DNA of 64,000 nucleotides from Candidatus Geothermarchaeota archaeon (GCA_015523545.1 WAKB01000001.1:194159-258158), one strand, 5' to 3'; numbered from the stretch's first letter, positions 9,586 through 19,466 are shown. Made by a program: numbers and translations. The notes: generated from the letters alone by a model not told the origin.

Positions 9586-10539
9586 GTGCTACGGATGGAG
9601 ATGGAGGACTACTACCATCAATGGGGCGATAACCTCCTCAGCGGCTACAAGGGAGCTAAGAAGATGCATATAGATAGGGCCCTAATAGTCGGGATGGGCG
9701 GCTCAGGGATAGTGGGCCATATAGCTAGGGACATAGTAAATACCCTAGACCTCGAGATAGAGATCGAGGTGGAGAACACCCCCCACATACCGCGATGGAG
9801 AGCAATGTGTAAGACCCTCATACTCATAAGTCATAGTGGAAACACCTTGGAGACTCTTGAGGCTGCGGATAGGCTAAGCGAGGAGGCTGTAGAGACAGTA
9901 GCTATATCAACTGGTGGCAAGCTACTCGAAACGGCTAGGGATAAAGGCTGGATAGGGATCAAGGTGGATCCAGCCCCACTCCCTCGGCTAGGGCTTCCAC
10001 AGATGCTTGGGGCCTTACTCAAGACGCTGGGTGTGGATGAAAATATGGTGAGGGAAGCATCTCAACAACTATCGGGTGAGATGAGAGGCATAAGATCCAA
10101 GGCTGATGAGTTAGCTGATTGGCTAGACAGTAGAAATGAGGTGTACGTGGCATATCCACTACACCTATCATCATTAGGTCTGAGGATGTGGCAGATGATG
10201 GCTGAGAACGCTAAGAGAGGGGTCTACCTAGCCCCATACCCAGAGGCTAGCCACAACATTATAGAGGCTATGATGAAGAACAGGGAAGGCAGGGGGATCT
10301 ACCTAGTATCCACAGGGGATAAATATGGAGAGGCATTAAAGAGGATAGCCACGGGGGAGGGTATAGACCTATATAAGGCTGATATAGACCCATCTACAAA
10401 TATCATCGGAGGGGTTTTAAAGACCATAGCGACACAGGATCTGGCGACTATACACTACGCCAGGAAGAAGGGAGTAGATCCCGCGGCAACCCCCTATATA
10501 GACAGGTTCAAGGAGTTGATCCGGGAGTGGCGGGGCTAG
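9586..10539 (+). CDS. Bifunctional phosphoglucose/phosphomannose isomerase (SIS family)
   Basis: 317 aa. VGMGGSGIVG and ISHSGNTLETL motifs and length match crenarchaeal PGI/PMI. Start is GTG at 9586 or ATG at 9595. Confidence 0.65.
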   Translation: MLRMEMEDYYHQWGDNLLSGYKGAKKMHIDRALIVGMGGSGIVGHIARDIVNTLDLEIEIEVENTPHIPRWRAMCKTLILISHSGNTLETLEAADRLSEEAVETVAISTGGKLLETARDKGWIGIKVDPAPLPRLGLPQMLGALLKTLGVDENMVREASQQLSGEMRGIRSKADELADWLDSRNEVYVAYPLHLSSLGLRMWQMMAENAKRGVYLAPYPEASHNIIEAMMKNREGRGIYLVSTGDKYGEALKRIATGEGIDLYKADIDPSTNIIGGVLKTIATQDLATIHYARKKGVDPAATPYIDRFKELIREWRG

Positions 10540-11228
10540 AAGAGATACAGGTAGTCGTCATAGACATAGACGGCACCATAACAGATGAGCTTGGCAGGAT
10601 AAGCCTGGAGGCGGTGGAGAAGATTAGGGAGCTTGAGATGCGGGGCTACATGACCCTACTAGCCAGTGGGAACGCCCTCCCAGTAGTGAAGGGCCTGGCC
10701 CACTACCTAGGCTCTACAGGGCCGACAATTGGAGAGGCGGGATGCGTCTTCGAATATATGGGCGACATATACGTACTGGGAGACCCCGACAGGACTATGG
10801 AGGCCCTTGAGAGGCTCAGGAGGAGGTTCGGCCCCCGCCTCAAGGAGAGCTGGTCAAACATATACCGCCATGTAGACAAGGCCATAAAGCCCACAATACC
10901 CCGTGAGAAGCTGGAGGCAGTGATCAAGGACATGGAGGACATCGTCATCCTAGACAGCAAGTTCGCCTACCATATCCACCCCAGGGACGTGGATAAGCTC
11001 AACGCTCTAGACGCGATATCCCACCTGATAAACCTCCCACTAGAATACTTCGCAGCGATAGGGGATAGCGAGCTCGATATAAGGATGCTCAAGGAGGTTG
11101 GCTACGGAGTAGCTGTCGCAAATGCCGATGATAGGGTGAAGGAGGCTGCTGACCACGTGACTAAGGAGCCGCTTTACAGGGGATTCCTAGAGTTCGCCGA
11201 TATGCTCCTCGGGGGTGGAGAGGGCTGA
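10527..11228 (+). CDS. HAD-IIB phosphatase (archaeal phosphoglycolate phosphatase-like)
   Basis: 233 aa. VVVIDIDGTITD (DxDGT), LASGNALP, GDSELD. GTG start overlaps the PGI/PMI stop by 13 nt. Confidence 0.6.
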   Translation: MAGLEEIQVVVIDIDGTITDELGRISLEAVEKIRELEMRGYMTLLASGNALPVVKGLAHYLGSTGPTIGEAGCVFEYMGDIYVLGDPDRTMEALERLRRRFGPRLKESWSNIYRHVDKAIKPTIPREKLEAVIKDMEDIVILDSKFAYHIHPRDVDKLNALDAISHLINLPLEYFAAIGDSELDIRMLKEVGYGVAVANADDRVKEAADHVTKEPLYRGFLEFADMLLGGGEG

Positions 11229-11284
11229 GATACGAGAGGCTCAGACCCAAGCCCGAGGTAATAGCAAGCCTAAGAGGAGACGAG

Positions 11285-12574
11285 ATGGAGCCGGTAGACC
11301 TAGTGGTATACGGGGCCTACAGCACCCTAAAGAAGTCTCCAAGCCACGTCCTCAAGAAGATGGATGTAGAGGCTGGGAATGTCGAGAAGAGGAGGGAGCG
11401 GCTCCTAAACATCACACTAGAGAGCGGGCATCTAAGCGTCCTGGACCAGGCGGTCTTCACGGTGTACGTATCGGACATACCAAGGCTCTCAACACTCTTC
11501 CTGGTGCAGCCCCTTTACCTAAGCCATCTACAGCAGAGTATGAGGAGGGTCGAGCCATATGGATTAACACTCCCCGAGAGCCTAGCTGGGATAGACTGGC
11601 TAGACAACCTGCTCGACAAGTCCCTAGACCTATACTACGAGATGGTGGAGGATGGGATACCAAAGGAGGACGCGAGATACGTCATCCCACTCTACACCTC
11701 GACAAATATACAGACCGTGGGGAACGCCAGGGAATATACCAACCTACTACTCCTCTCACGCCAGGAGGGAGTGCCAAGCATAACCAGGGAGATAGTCGAG
11801 GGGATTATCAAGGAGCTTAGACGGGTCTCCAAAGGACTCTTCGAGGAGTATGGGGAGAACATGAATATACTCAAGTACTACCCACCGCCAAACATGTTCC
11901 GACTCCGACCCCTAGTAGTTGATAGACTGGCGGAAGAGGGTGGATCCCCACGCCTCTTAGACTACTCAGTAGTATATAGGCCCAGTAGGGAGGAGGTTGA
12001 GGAGGCCCTAATGGGGCTTAACACACCATTATTATCAGTCCTCAGGAACAACGTCTACCACGTCCTGACGAAGATGAGTATATCCACCCTACACCAGTTC
12101 CTACGCCAGAGGACACTGGGCCACATACCCGAGTCTATATACCACGCCCTTGAGAGGAGGGACTACGTAACCCCGCCCACCATCCAGCGCTCAAGCTATA
12201 GGGAGAGGTATATAGAGATGGTTGGCAAGCTCCACGAGGCCTATCATAGGCTGGTGAGGATGGGGATACCCAGGGAGGACGCCGTAGGAGTCGTCAGCCA
12301 TGCACACGCCATATACGACCTGGTCAAGGTGGATGGGTGGAACATAATAGGGGCAATGCCGACCAGGAGATGTGTAAAGGCCCAGTGGGAGATCAGGAGG
12401 GTGGTTGGAGACATGGTCTTCAGGATTAGGGAGGTAGACCCAGTCCTACCCCTCTACAGCCTACCGGGATGCATAGTATTCGGGAAGTGTCCAGAGAAGT
12501 ATCCCTGTGAGTGGAAGGAGGAGTTCGAGAGTAAAGGGCCACTTGTCAGTAGGCCTCATACTCCCACTTATTGA
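11285..12574 (+). CDS. Internally duplicated ThyX-like (flavin-dependent thymidylate synthase fold) protein, RHR motif degenerate
   Basis: 429 aa. The N-half has SGHLSVLDQAVFTVYVSDIPRLSTLFLVQPLYLSHLQQSMRRV and GIPKEDARYVIPLYTSTNIQTVGNAREY. The C-half has VYHVLTKMSISTLHQFLRQRTLGHIPES and GIPREDAVGVV...CVKAQWEIRR. Both align by eye to ThyX core motifs. Confidence 0.6.
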   Translation: MEPVDLVVYGAYSTLKKSPSHVLKKMDVEAGNVEKRRERLLNITLESGHLSVLDQAVFTVYVSDIPRLSTLFLVQPLYLSHLQQSMRRVEPYGLTLPESLAGIDWLDNLLDKSLDLYYEMVEDGIPKEDARYVIPLYTSTNIQTVGNAREYTNLLLLSRQEGVPSITREIVEGIIKELRRVSKGLFEEYGENMNILKYYPPPNMFRLRPLVVDRLAEEGGSPRLLDYSVVYRPSREEVEEALMGLNTPLLSVLRNNVYHVLTKMSISTLHQFLRQRTLGHIPESIYHALERRDYVTPPTIQRSSYRERYIEMVGKLHEAYHRLVRMGIPREDAVGVVSHAHAIYDLVKVDGWNIIGAMPTRRCVKAQWEIRRVVGDMVFRIREVDPVLPLYSLPGCIVFGKCPEKYPCEWKEEFESKGPLVSRPHTPTY

Positions 12575-13571
12575 CCCCCTCCTGCAGGGGGATAGTTATC
12601 CTACACCTGCCGCCCTTGAAGGTCACACTAATCCCGCTAGCCACGGCCCTGGATAGGGCATCCCTAATCATCATCTCCACACATAGCCTACACACCTGTC
12701 TAAGCCCTCCACTAGCGACGTTCCTATCAACTGCACGGGATAGTAGCCTAGCCATCCTAGGATATCTACAGTAAGACTTGACTACATACCCACCCTCGGA
12801 GGCATCACTACCAGCCCAGTAGAGATAGGCATAGATCTCCCTATAGTGGTTCAGGAGGCCCATCTCCACCAAGTAGGACATGCCGAAGTCCCGGGCCAGC
12901 TCCACCATCAAATCCCAAGGCCTCACAGCGTCATACAGGCTATAGCCATCCACATAGTCAGAGACCATATCCATATAGAGCATGAACTCCAGCCTCCTAG
13001 AGATATGGCCAAGCGACACCGTAACCCCCAGATCCATAAGCCTCCTCAGGAGACTGTGGAAACTGCCGCCGTCCCCACCGCCCATATACCCAGTCTCCAC
13101 AAGCCTAACCACATCCCTGAAGTACCTAGCCATCGTCTGCCTATCCGGGGGAGACCTGAAGCTGGACATGTTGAGTATCTCCATAACACGTCCACGCTTA
13201 ATGCCATACCTATCAAGCATCCTGATCTCGATATCGCTGAGCATCTCCCTAAGCAGCCTGGAGAACCTGATCCTAGCCCTACGGAGACGGGCCTGTGGAA
13301 CAGCCCCCCTAGGGACATGCTCGGAGACCTTGCTATAAACCCGGTTTATGAGATACGTGTCATACACCATGAAGAAGAGGTAGCCTAGATACCCAGGCCC
13401 AGCATAGCTGCTGGGATCATATGTAATAGGCATCTCAACCACGGAGGAGTAGAAAGACTCGTATACAACCCCCCTCCACCCAACATCTACATAGGCCCTC
13501 TCATACCTCCTCCCATACTCGAGGGGGAGGTATAGGACGGAGGAGAAGTTGTCGCTGGGCCTAGGAGACAT
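12546..13571 (-). CDS. Hypothetical protein (341 aa, Arg/Tyr-rich, no recognisable motif)
   Basis: It is the longest ORF at this locus, and the antisense alternatives are His/Pro-rich artefacts. Its 3' end overlaps the ThyX-like gene by 29 nt (convergent). Confidence 0.45.
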   Translation of the reverse strand: MSPRPSDNFSSVLYLPLEYGRRYERAYVDVGWRGVVYESFYSSVVEMPITYDPSSYAGPGYLGYLFFMVYDTYLINRVYSKVSEHVPRGAVPQARLRRARIRFSRLLREMLSDIEIRMLDRYGIKRGRVMEILNMSSFRSPPDRQTMARYFRDVVRLVETGYMGGGDGGSFHSLLRRLMDLGVTVSLGHISRRLEFMLYMDMVSDYVDGYSLYDAVRPWDLMVELARDFGMSYLVEMGLLNHYREIYAYLYWAGSDASEGGYVVKSYCRYPRMARLLSRAVDRNVASGGLRQVCRLCVEMMIRDALSRAVASGISVTFKGGRCRITIPLQEGVNKWEYEAY

Positions 13572-13667
13572 CTCTAATAATTAAGAGCAGCATAGACAGG
13601 ATATTTCCCCGATGTGTAACCCTGACACGGCCTAGGCGGCACACCCCAGAGACCCATCAATAAATCA

Positions 13668-14639
13668 ATGGAGACATATAGTTTATCATTGGTCGGGATG
13701 AGCAAGAGGAAGTGCATGTGGTGCGGCGGAGAGGCGACTATAGAGCTTAGATACGCCAGGCTCCTACTATGCGACGACTGCTTCAAGAAATACTTCATAA
13801 AGAGGATAGCCAAGACAGTTGAGGAGTATAGGATGGTTAGGGAGGGGGAGAGGATAGGCGTATTCTACGACGGCTCAAAGCCATCGATAGCCCTCCTAGA
13901 CGCCCTACCCCAGGCCCTCCCCAGACACGAGGTCCACGCCATTATGATAGACATGGGCCTACCATACTACACGATAGAGGCCCGTACACCCCTCGAGGAG
14001 ATAGCTAAAGAGAGGGGTGTAGAGATACATGTATATAGCCTGCCAGACCAGAGGGGCTACTCGATAGAGGACTTCAGGGGGACGAAGTACTGGCCACGTA
14101 TATGCAGCACATGCGCCCTACTAAAGAGGTACTACAGCTCCTACGTAGCCAAGCAGACAGGCCTCGACGTACTGGCGACGCCACACACCCTAGACGACGC
14201 CGTAGAGCTCCTCCTCACACTACTGGTGGATGGGAAGCTTGAGGAGCTAGCCAGCTTCACACCCGTACAGGAGCCTGAGTTCCCAAACCAGGTCAGGAGG
14301 GTGAAGCCACTCATAAAGACCTATGAATGGGAGGTGGAGAAGTATATCGAGGTATCCGGCCTAGACACTCCCGGCGAATGCCCACTGAGAGAGGGGGCCC
14401 GGAGCGCCTGGAGGAAGGAGGTTCTAGCCAGGTTCGAGGAGCACGAGCCAGCCTTCCTAAGGAAGATGTATAGGAGCCTCACCAAGAAGCTGTCCCCAGT
14501 CCTGAGGGAGAGGTATGAGAGGCCCAGGCCAGTACCATGCAGGATATGCGGCGGGCCAAGCACTACAGGGATATGTGGGAGATGCGTGAGGGAGATCTAC
14601 CTAAGGGATAGGAAGAAGCTGGACATCAAGATAGGGTGA
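13668..14639 (+). CDS. TtuA/NcsA-like tRNA 2-thiolation family protein with degenerate PP-loop
   Basis: 323 aa. N-terminal Zn finger CMWCGG...CDDC, Fe-S ligand-like CSTC and ECP, C-terminal CRICGG...CGRC. The PP-loop position reads FYDGSKPS instead of SGGKDS. Confidence 0.6.
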   Translation: METYSLSLVGMSKRKCMWCGGEATIELRYARLLLCDDCFKKYFIKRIAKTVEEYRMVREGERIGVFYDGSKPSIALLDALPQALPRHEVHAIMIDMGLPYYTIEARTPLEEIAKERGVEIHVYSLPDQRGYSIEDFRGTKYWPRICSTCALLKRYYSSYVAKQTGLDVLATPHTLDDAVELLLTLLVDGKLEELASFTPVQEPEFPNQVRRVKPLIKTYEWEVEKYIEVSGLDTPGECPLREGARSAWRKEVLARFEEHEPAFLRKMYRSLTKKLSPVLRERYERPRPVPCRICGGPSTTGICGRCVREIYLRDRKKLDIKIG

Positions 14640-14643
14640 GGCG

Positions 14644-16002
14644 ATGGGGGAGATAAGCCTAGACAGAGATACAAAGATAATAATCCACAGGGGGGAGAAC
14701 GAGATAGGCGGCACGATAATAGAGATAAGGACCAGGGACGAGGCGATCATCCTAGACTTCGGCATATCATACTCCAGGAGGAAGAAGTTCTACGACCCCC
14801 TATATAGACGGCCAAGAGGGGTCGATGAGCTCATACGCCTAGGCATAGTACCTCCTAGGGAGGGGCTATACACAACCTGGCTCGACGATGGAGAGTATAA
14901 TGAGAATCCCGAGACCGACGTGATAGGCGCCTTCATATCCCATGCCCATACAGACCACATAGGCCTACTAGCCCACATAAACGGGAACATACCCGTGTAC
15001 CTAGGCCACGCAGCACATCTAATCAACAACGTATACCTGGAGAAGGCTAGGAGGGAGAGGTACAGCCTCAAGAGGAGGGAGGACATAGAGATAGAGACCT
15101 TCAGGACGGGAGACGTGATAAGGGTGGGGAGCTTCAGGGTGAGGCCGATACACGTAGACCACAGCATACCCGGGGCATACTCATTCCTAGTAGAGACCCC
15201 CGGCGGGCTTATCCTCTACACTGGGGACTTTAGGCACCATGGGAACAACTATAGGCTGACCGAGGACATGGTCGCTACAGCTGAGGCTGAAGACGTGGAG
15301 CTTATGATCACCGAGGGCACCAGGGTACACGGCGGGACGAGTATGGATGAGGAGAGTGTATACAGGGAGATGATGAAGATAATGGATTCCTACCACGGGG
15401 AGGTCCTGATAGAGAGCAACGCCAGGGACTACGACAGATACGTATCGATACTCAGGGCCGCCGCCGAGACGGGTAGGAAGGTCGTTATGACCGATGAGCA
15501 CCTAATATACTTCGTCAGGGGGATGTATAGAGACCATAAGCTGAGGAGGACCCTGGAGAGGGATATAGGCGACCCTAGAGACCTGGTACAAGGACTAGTC
15601 CCAGGCGGTGTGGAGAAGAGGAGAGATAAGAAGAAGGACGTCCTGGAGAAGATTATGGATGACGATGGATTCACAGTTCTAGGGGAGTATCGATACGACG
15701 AGGACAACGTACTCCTAGGATTCTACAGGATAGTCCAGGATATATACGACAAGGGAGAAGACAGGATAGCCATAATAAGCAACTCAGAACCCTTCGACGA
15801 GGAGGGAGAGGCCGACGAGGCTAGGCTTAGGAACTGGCTGACAGTGATGGGATCACCATCATACAGGATCCACTGCAGCGGCCACATATCCATGCTAGAC
15901 CTGAAGAAGATAGTCGAGAGGATAGAGCCGAGGAGGCTTAAGGTAGTCCACTCCGAGTATCCCGAGCTGGTATCAAGGTTCCTCGGGATAGGGGAGGGGT
16001 AA
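14644..16002 (+). CDS. Archaeal RNase J-like metallo-beta-lactamase/beta-CASP ribonuclease
   Basis: 452 aa. ISHAHTDHIG (HxHxDH), later DHS and CSGH motifs, and typical aRNase J length. Confidence 0.7.
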   Translation: MGEISLDRDTKIIIHRGENEIGGTIIEIRTRDEAIILDFGISYSRRKKFYDPLYRRPRGVDELIRLGIVPPREGLYTTWLDDGEYNENPETDVIGAFISHAHTDHIGLLAHINGNIPVYLGHAAHLINNVYLEKARRERYSLKRREDIEIETFRTGDVIRVGSFRVRPIHVDHSIPGAYSFLVETPGGLILYTGDFRHHGNNYRLTEDMVATAEAEDVELMITEGTRVHGGTSMDEESVYREMMKIMDSYHGEVLIESNARDYDRYVSILRAAAETGRKVVMTDEHLIYFVRGMYRDHKLRRTLERDIGDPRDLVQGLVPGGVEKRRDKKKDVLEKIMDDDGFTVLGEYRYDEDNVLLGFYRIVQDIYDKGEDRIAIISNSEPFDEEGEADEARLRNWLTVMGSPSYRIHCSGHISMLDLKKIVERIEPRRLKVVHSEYPELVSRFLGIGEG

Positions 16003-16060
16003 TTACACCCTATTATATTGTATCTCGCCACAATCATAGATACTTGTCCGGGGGGTAGAT

Positions 16061-17779
16061 GTGGAGAGGATCCTCCATGACCTAGTAATAATCGGCAGCG
16101 GCCTGGCAGGGCTCAGGGCAGCCGCCGCAGCGACACTCAAGAGCGGTGGGAAGCTCGACATAGCCGTGATATCCAAGCTATACGCTAATAGGAGCCACAG
16201 CGTAGCCGCCCAGGGAGGAACAGCGGCGGTGCTCTACCCCAACGAGGGGGACAGCTTCATACTACATGCATGGGACACGATCAAGGGCTCAGACTTCCTG
16301 GCAGACCAGGACGCAGTCATGATACTCGTCAGAGAGGCTCCTAAGGAGATCTACTTCCTAGAGCACTGGGGGATGCCCTGGAACAGGAGGGAGGATGGAA
16401 GGATAGCTCAGAGGAAGTTCGGGGGGCACAGCTTCCCCAGGGCGACCTATGCAGTAGATAAGACCGGCCTCTTCGAGATGCAGACCCTATGGGGGATCAT
16501 ACAGAGATACGACAACATAACGGTCTACAACGAGCACTACGTTACAAACCTGATAGTGGAGCAGGGAAGGTTCAAGGGCGTATTCGCCATAGACATGAAG
16601 ACGGGGGAGATGAAGGCGATACTGGGAAAGGCCGGGATCCTAGCCACGGGGATGGGGCTCAGGATGTACAAGTTCACTACCTACAGCCTAAGCCAGACAG
16701 GGGATGGCGGAGCCATTGCATTGAGGGCGGGGCTAGCCCTGAAGGATATGGAGTTCGTCCAGTTCCACCCCACAGGCCTAGTACCATCAGGCATACTCAT
16801 CACCGAGGGGGCCAGGGGCGAGGGTGGATATCTTAGAAACAACAAGGGGGAGAGATTCATGAAGAGATATGCCCCCGACAGGATGGAGATAGCCCCTAGA
16901 GACGTGGTCTCAAGGGCTGAGATGACCGAGATACTCGAGGGACGCGGATTCAAGGGCCCTGGAGGCCTGGACTATGTCCATCTAGACCTGACACATCTAG
17001 GGGCTGACCACATAAACTCTAAGCTACCCCTAGTCAGGGAGGTATCCATAAAATTCGCGGGGGTAGACCCTATAAACGAGCCGATACCCGTAAGGCCGGT
17101 GGCCCACTACCCAATGGGGGGCGTTAAGATATCGATATACGGAGAGACCGATATCAAGGGGCTATGGGCCGCCGGAGAGGTCGGGTGCCTAAGTGTACAC
17201 GGAGCCAACAGGCTTGGGAGCAACTCAACAATAGAATGCCTAGTCTGGGGGAGGATAACTGGAGAGGCGGCTGCAGAGTACCTGATGAACCATGCGGACG
17301 GCACAGTCACAATAGATAAGGAGAGGGAGAAGGAGGAGGAGCGCTGGGTATACGACCACTTCATGGGTAGGGAGACTGGTGAAGACCCCTACCAGATAAG
17401 GAGGGAGCTGAGGGAGGTCATGGACAAGGACTTCTACGTATTCAGGAACGGGAGGGATATGGAGGAGGGCCTAAAGAAGATCAGGGAGTTGAGGGAGCGG
17501 GCAGAGAAGATGTATGTAGCCGATAAGAACAAGGTCTACAACCTAGACCTGATATACACACTGGAGACCTACAACATGGTACAGGTATCAGAGGCCATAG
17601 CACTAGGCGCATACCTCAGGACAGAGTCAAGGGGAGCCCACTACAGAACCGACTATCCAAAGAGGGATGACAAGAACTGGCTGAAACACACCCTCGTATG
17701 GCTCACAAAGGACGGCCTCGAGGTCGGATACGAACCCGTGAGGATCCTCCTATGGAAACCCACCGAGAGGAAATATTGA
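16061..17779 (+). CDS. sdhA: Succinate dehydrogenase/fumarate reductase flavoprotein subunit
   Basis: 572 aa. [23 protein letters not shown] (FAD-histidyl site), HPTG, HGANRLG. GTG start. Confidence 0.9.
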   Translation: MERILHDLVIIGSGLAGLRAAAAATLKSGGKLDIAVISKLYANRSHSVAAQGGTAAVLYPNEGDSFILHAWDTIKGSDFLADQDAVMILVREAPKEIYFLEHWGMPWNRREDGRIAQRKFGGHSFPRATYAVDKTGLFEMQTLWGIIQRYDNITVYNEHYVTNLIVEQGRFKGVFAIDMKTGEMKAILGKAGILATGMGLRMYKFTTYSLSQTGDGGAIALRAGLALKDMEFVQFHPTGLVPSGILITEGARGEGGYLRNNKGERFMKRYAPDRMEIAPRDVVSRAEMTEILEGRGFKGPGGLDYVHLDLTHLGADHINSKLPLVREVSIKFAGVDPINEPIPVRPVAHYPMGGVKISIYGETDIKGLWAAGEVGCLSVHGANRLGSNSTIECLVWGRITGEAAAEYLMNHADGTVTIDKEREKEEERWVYDHFMGRETGEDPYQIRRELREVMDKDFYVFRNGRDMEEGLKKIRELRERAEKMYVADKNKVYNLDLIYTLETYNMVQVSEAIALGAYLRTESRGAHYRTDYPKRDDKNWLKHTLVWLTKDGLEVGYEPVRILLWKPTERKY

Positions 17780-17780
17780 G

Positions 17781-18233
17781 GTGGTGAATATGTCGAGGAA
17801 GGGGAGGAAGGGGATCCTCGGATGGATAATACCAATAACGAATATGGAGAGGCTCCTCTACAGCCTCCACAGGATAACAGGTATAGGGCTCACCCTATAC
17901 CTCTTCATACACATATACGAGACTAGCATGCGTGCACTGGGTCGAGAGACATGGATATCAACGTCCGAGTTCCTAGACAACCCGGTCTTCCACATAGGCC
18001 TACTCCTAGTAGTCCTGGCAGCCATATTCCACGGGGCCAACGGGATAAGGCTTATACTACAGGAGCTCGGCCTCATAGCACCGAAGCCCACCCAGCCAGT
18101 ATACCCCTATAGGAAGTACCATAGGGAGAGGAGGGTATACATCGTCACGATCACAATGCTGATCCTAGGCATAGGCGTAGCGATATTCGCCCTCCGAGAC
18201 TTCCTGATCCTACTGGAGGTGCTTGGGAAGTGA
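17781..18233 (+). CDS. sdhC: Succinate dehydrogenase membrane anchor (cytochrome b-like) subunit
   Basis: 150 aa, three predicted TM helices, LHRITGIGLTLYLFIH motif. Starts 2 nt after the sdhA stop. Confidence 0.6.
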   Translation: MVNMSRKGRKGILGWIIPITNMERLLYSLHRITGIGLTLYLFIHIYETSMRALGRETWISTSEFLDNPVFHIGLLLVVLAAIFHGANGIRLILQELGLIAPKPTQPVYPYRKYHRERRVYIVTITMLILGIGVAIFALRDFLILLEVLGK

Positions 18234-18577
18234 ATGGGAGGATAAGGCTTGGAATATACTTCTCAGGAGCCCTACTAGCAGTACTCGTCCTAATACACCT
18301 ATCACTATTCTCATACTGGTTCGTCGAGGGGGGATACTACACAAACATGTCGTGGGAAGCCGTCTCTGAGAGGATGAACAGCCTACTATGGGACGCCTTC
18401 TACCTAGTATTCCTCACCACGGTAATGGCACACTCCTACATAGGGATCAGGAACATCCTATTCGAATACATAACCTCTGACGGGGGGAGGAGACTCGTAA
18501 CCTATGCCCTAGCCCTGATATGGATATCCGCATACATCTATGGACTAATACCTATAATAGCCTCGGCGGGTGGTTAG
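18230..18577 (+). CDS. sdhD: Succinate dehydrogenase small hydrophobic subunit (SdhD-like)
   Basis: 115 aa and hydrophobic, with a 4-nt overlap to sdhC. The call rests on position and hydrophobicity only. Confidence 0.45.
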   Translation: MNGRIRLGIYFSGALLAVLVLIHLSLFSYWFVEGGYYTNMSWEAVSERMNSLLWDAFYLVFLTTVMAHSYIGIRNILFEYITSDGGRRLVTYALALIWISAYIYGLIPIIASAGG

Positions 18578-19457
18578 GATGGAGGAGAGGAAGGTCATAT
18601 TTAGACTCAGGAGATATGACCCCGAGACAGGCGGGTATAGAGAGGACAGATATGAGATCCCCGTGTATAGGGGGATGACCGTACTCGACGGCCTAATATG
18701 GATAAAGGAGAACCTAGACAGGACGGTCAGCTATAGGGCCAGCTGCCGTATGGGACTATGTGGTAGCTGCGGGATGACCGTCAATGGGAGGCCCACCCTG
18801 ACATGTGAGACCCAGATACTCAGCCTAGAGAGGGACGAACTGACTATAGAGCCCCTCTACAACATGGAGCCTGTAAGGGACCTAGTCGCAGACTTCCACC
18901 AGTTCTTCAAGAACCAGAGGGCTATAAAGCCATACCTGATAAGGAGGGATATCGAGGAGCAGGTCGAGCCGACGAGGGAGTATCTACAAGACCCGGAGGA
19001 GTGGAACCTCTACATACAGTTCGCCATGTGTATAACCTGCGGCCTATGCTACTCGGCATGCCCCACCACAGCTACCAACGAGAAGTATCTAGGTCCACAG
19101 GCACTGGCGAACCTCTTCCGCTTCTACATAGACAGTAGGGACGAGGGGTGGGAGGAGAGGCTCGCCATAGCAGACTCAGAGGACGGGGTGTGGGGATGCC
19201 ACCTAGCCACGGGCTGCTCAGAGGTATGCCCCAAGGGTGTAGACCCAGCACTAGCTATACAGCTCCTGAGAAGGGAGATACTGAGGAAGAGCCTGGGGAA
19301 GAAGACGAGGCGTGAGGCCAGGCCACTGGCACCACTACTACCACCTGAGGAGGAGAGTCCATATAGGGCCTTCGGAGAGGCCCCAGAATTCACGGTTGAG
19401 GGTGCGGAGGAGGCTGCCGAGAAGTTCAACATACTACACGACCCCAGGAAGAGGTAA
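18570..19457 (+). CDS. sdhB: Succinate dehydrogenase iron-sulfur subunit with ~50-aa C-terminal extension
   Basis: 295 aa. CRMGLCGSCGM...C (2Fe-2S), CITCGLCYSACP (4Fe-4S), CHLATGCSEVCP (3Fe-4S). Confidence 0.85.
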   Translation: MVRMEERKVIFRLRRYDPETGGYREDRYEIPVYRGMTVLDGLIWIKENLDRTVSYRASCRMGLCGSCGMTVNGRPTLTCETQILSLERDELTIEPLYNMEPVRDLVADFHQFFKNQRAIKPYLIRRDIEEQVEPTREYLQDPEEWNLYIQFAMCITCGLCYSACPTTATNEKYLGPQALANLFRFYIDSRDEGWEERLAIADSEDGVWGCHLATGCSEVCPKGVDPALAIQLLRREILRKSLGKKTRREARPLAPLLPPEEESPYRAFGEAPEFTVEGAEEAAEKFNILHDPRKR

Positions 19458-19466
19458 ACCGGACAC

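Noticed and set aside
11215-11820. 201-aa Arg/Gly/Pro-rich ORF overlapping the ThyX-like gene in another frame.
   Set aside because: It is a low-complexity basic sequence typical of an off-frame read. The ThyX-like frame has real family motifs.
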